Assembly (NCBI GenBank): GCA_009785175.1
Contig: WQWV01000023.1
Coordinates: forward strand, 1-14,980
DNA from: Alphaproteobacteria bacterium
Lineage (GTDB): Bacteria > Pseudomonadota > Alphaproteobacteria > Rs-D84 > CACZYB01
Direction of reading: 5' to 3'
DNA length: 14,980 nt
Positions 13,579-14,980 of the stretch are shown piece by piece. The notes beneath the pieces are model-generated. The model ran no database searches. It was not told where the DNA came from and was given only the letters and a program-made list of their open reading frames with translations. The first letter of the stretch is position 1. The number at the start of each line of letters is the position of its first letter. Made by a program: the position numbers and the translations under genes.

Positions 13579-14088
13579 TTAGATCGCGGCGACTTTCATG
13601 TTGCGGTATTTAGCGACAAGCCTTCCGATAAAGCTTGCGGCATATTTTTCCGCCGCCCTCTTTTTCGCTTCGCGCGAAAGATATGCGTTATGTATGGTTT
13701 GCGCCACCTGGTTTTTATCGGCGCGGTCCCATGGGCCATGGGGATTGCTTTTGACGCTTTGGGGGATAAGTTTGCCATCGTATAATTCGAATATATCCAC
13801 TATGAACTTGATTTTGTTATCATCGTCTTCAACGCGCGAGACAAGCGAGTAGGTGAAGGCCTTTCCGTAAGTTTGGTTATCTTCGGGGCGTTCCTTGCGC
13901 ACTATGTCGCAAAGCTTGAGCATTTTATTCACGTATGTATCGAGGGCTTTAGTTGTCAGCTTGCGAGTCCCTTTACCTTCGGCGTGTTTGTCGAGGTATT
14001 CCACAGCTTTGTTCGTTTGCGAAACAAACTTGTGGAGCCAATCCATTTTTGTGGTGGTGTCTTTATGCCGAGAGTTTGTTATTTTCAT
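13579..14088 (-). CDS. Hypothetical cytoplasmic protein (169 aa), no recognisable family
   Basis: Intact ORF. SD AAAGG is 5 nt before ATG (14086-14088). No signal peptide or TM segment. Co-directional with mliC and immediately upstream of it. Confidence 0.55.
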   Translation of the reverse strand: MKITNSRHKDTTTKMDWLHKFVSQTNKAVEYLDKHAEGKGTRKLTTKALDTYVNKMLKLCDIVRKERPEDNQTYGKAFTYSLVSRVEDDDNKIKFIVDIFELYDGKLIPQSVKSNPHGPWDRADKNQVAQTIHNAYLSREAKKRAAEKYAASFIGRLVAKYRNMKVAAI

Positions 14089-14111
14089 TTTGGCCTTTTA
14101 GGTTTTAATGC

Positions 14112-14140
14112 ACAATAGACGGTATATTGAAATTCGTCAA
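14112..14140 (-). promoter_or_regulatory. Candidate promoter for the 169-aa hypothetical gene
   Basis: Minus strand: TTGACG (14135-14140), 17 nt, TATTGT (14112-14117). A ~25-nt leader with an SD follows. The -10 is weak. Confidence 0.3.
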
Positions 14141-14153
14141 CGGTTTTATTCAT

Positions 14154-14182
14154 AAATAAAAATCCCCTCGGTCGGAGGGGAT
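14154..14182 (-). terminator. Rho-independent terminator of the SOD-like lipoprotein gene
   Basis: On minus: stem ATCCCCTC/GAGGGGAT (14162-14169 / 14175-14182), loop of 5, then TTTTTATTT (plus 14154-14161). The stem sequence is nearly identical to the flotillin terminator stem. Confidence 0.7.
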
Positions 14183-14210
14183 TTCGGTTGGGATTCAGAT
14201 CTGGCCTTAC

Positions 14211-14780
14211 TTAAAAGAACCGGCGGGATCTTAGTTTGCCACCGATGGTGCAAAGCTCTTCCTTGTCGGTATTGCAAAGAGCTATGCGCATGCCGTTTAT
14301 CTTGGTCGCCGAGGTGCCCTTTAGCAAGAACTCGGTTTCGATATTTCCGTCCTCGTCGGATTTCAGCATGGGGAAGCGGACGTTGTCGACAATCTTTTTG
14401 CATGCCTCAAGCTGGGTCATCTTGTCGGCCTTGTTCAACCTCTTGCGGTCGCGCTTGTCGAACTCGCAGCTCGAGATATCATAAAGACGCAGGGCGAATG
14501 TCGTGTTAGGCTTCACGTCCTCGATGTCGACATACATCTTGAGGCCGGCGTCGCCTTCGTCGAATCGGACGGTGCCGACGGTTTCTTGCTTATCTCCGAC
14601 CTGGCGCATTTTGGCCGAGAGGCGGGTTATGTGTTCATCCTGGTGCAGGCGGGTGGCTTTGTCGCCAGAGCCAGAGCAGCCGGCAAGCAAGCTTATCGCC
14701 AAGAGTGCTGCGGCAAAGGTTCCAGGTTTCGGGCATCCCGCGAACGGTTTGGGACAGAGTGGTTTAGGGCAGTTGTTCAT
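14211..14780 (-). CDS. Lipoprotein with a Cu,Zn-superoxide-dismutase-like sequence pattern lacking the copper-ligand histidines
   Basis: 189 aa. Strong SD AAGGAGG is 7 nt before ATG (14778-14780). Unusual n-region with three CPKP repeats, then h-region and lipobox LLAGC. VGTVRFDEGDAGLKMYVDIEDVKPNTTFALRLYDISSCE follows the SodC N-terminal pattern (G.V.f.e...Gl.......L.pG.HGFHiHe.GsC), but the histidines are replaced. C-terminal RIALC...LCTIGG loosely follows the SodC RYACGVI end. Confidence 0.5.
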   Translation of the reverse strand: MNNCPKPLCPKPFAGCPKPGTFAAALLAISLLAGCSGSGDKATRLHQDEHITRLSAKMRQVGDKQETVGTVRFDEGDAGLKMYVDIEDVKPNTTFALRLYDISSCEFDKRDRKRLNKADKMTQLEACKKIVDNVRFPMLKSDEDGNIETEFLLKGTSATKINGMRIALCNTDKEELCTIGGKLRSRRFF

Positions 14781-14980
14781 GTTTTTCCTCCTTTTGGTTA
14801 TAGGGGGAGTTTAGCGCATTTTGGCCGCGAGTGCAGTAGGATGATAGTCAAACCCCTGAAATACGCACGAATGAACAGTGCTTATCCTAAATTCCGCTAA
14901 GTCATGTATGTCTATATACATTCCTGTCGCATAATTTATTATAAGCTTGTTCCTCGCGCGATTTGATGGGGTTTGAGAGC

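Noticed and set aside
14586-14900. Plus-strand ORFs 14503..14814 and 14586..14900
   Set aside because: They overlap the SD-supported minus-strand lipoprotein gene and its upstream region, with no features of their own.
1-14980. CRISPR arrays, IS/transposase, integrase and toxin-antitoxin pairs
   Set aside because: I looked for regularly spaced direct repeats, terminal inverted repeats flanking an ORF, and small adjacent gene pairs with TA-like features. None were found. The only repeats are the short palindromic and hairpin families and the promoter module described above.

Overview
The window is a bacterial chromosomal segment with a conserved backbone and two lower-GC accessory stretches. 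Backbone, in order: a CYTH-domain gene on the minus strand running off the left edge; truB-rpsO-pnp; lon on the minus strand; lpxA-lpxI (overlapping); a small coiled-coil hypothetical; tRNA-Val(TAC) and tRNA-Leu(GAG); and a coaE-like P-loop kinase. Accessory stretch 1 is the main candidate novel system (about 4260-7290, between pnp and lon). It holds a flotillin-like SPFH/band-7 membrane protein and a tandem trio of paralogous ~80-aa cysteine-rich proteins with no recognisable family. Each unit is driven by its own copy of a duplicated ~70-bp promoter/5'UTR module, and each module carries a G9 homopolymer in the -35/-10 spacer, which makes them candidate phase-variable promoters. A third G9 tract sits in a degenerate copy of the module next to lon. 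Accessory stretch 2 lies downstream of the tRNAs (after coaE): an MliC-type lysozyme-inhibitor lipoprotein, an unknown cytoplasmic protein, and a lipoprotein with a Cu,Zn-SOD-like sequence pattern that lacks the metal-binding histidines. Five housekeeping genes (CYTH, truB, lon, lpxA, mliC) share a TTGNNN-16/17-TATAAT-6/7-ATG architecture, which implies leaderless mRNAs. Two small repeat families occur: a CACTTCATC...GATGAAGTG palindrome in two copies, and a GGATTCCSG hairpin followed by GGAATGAC in three copies. No CRISPR array, transposase or integrase is visible.
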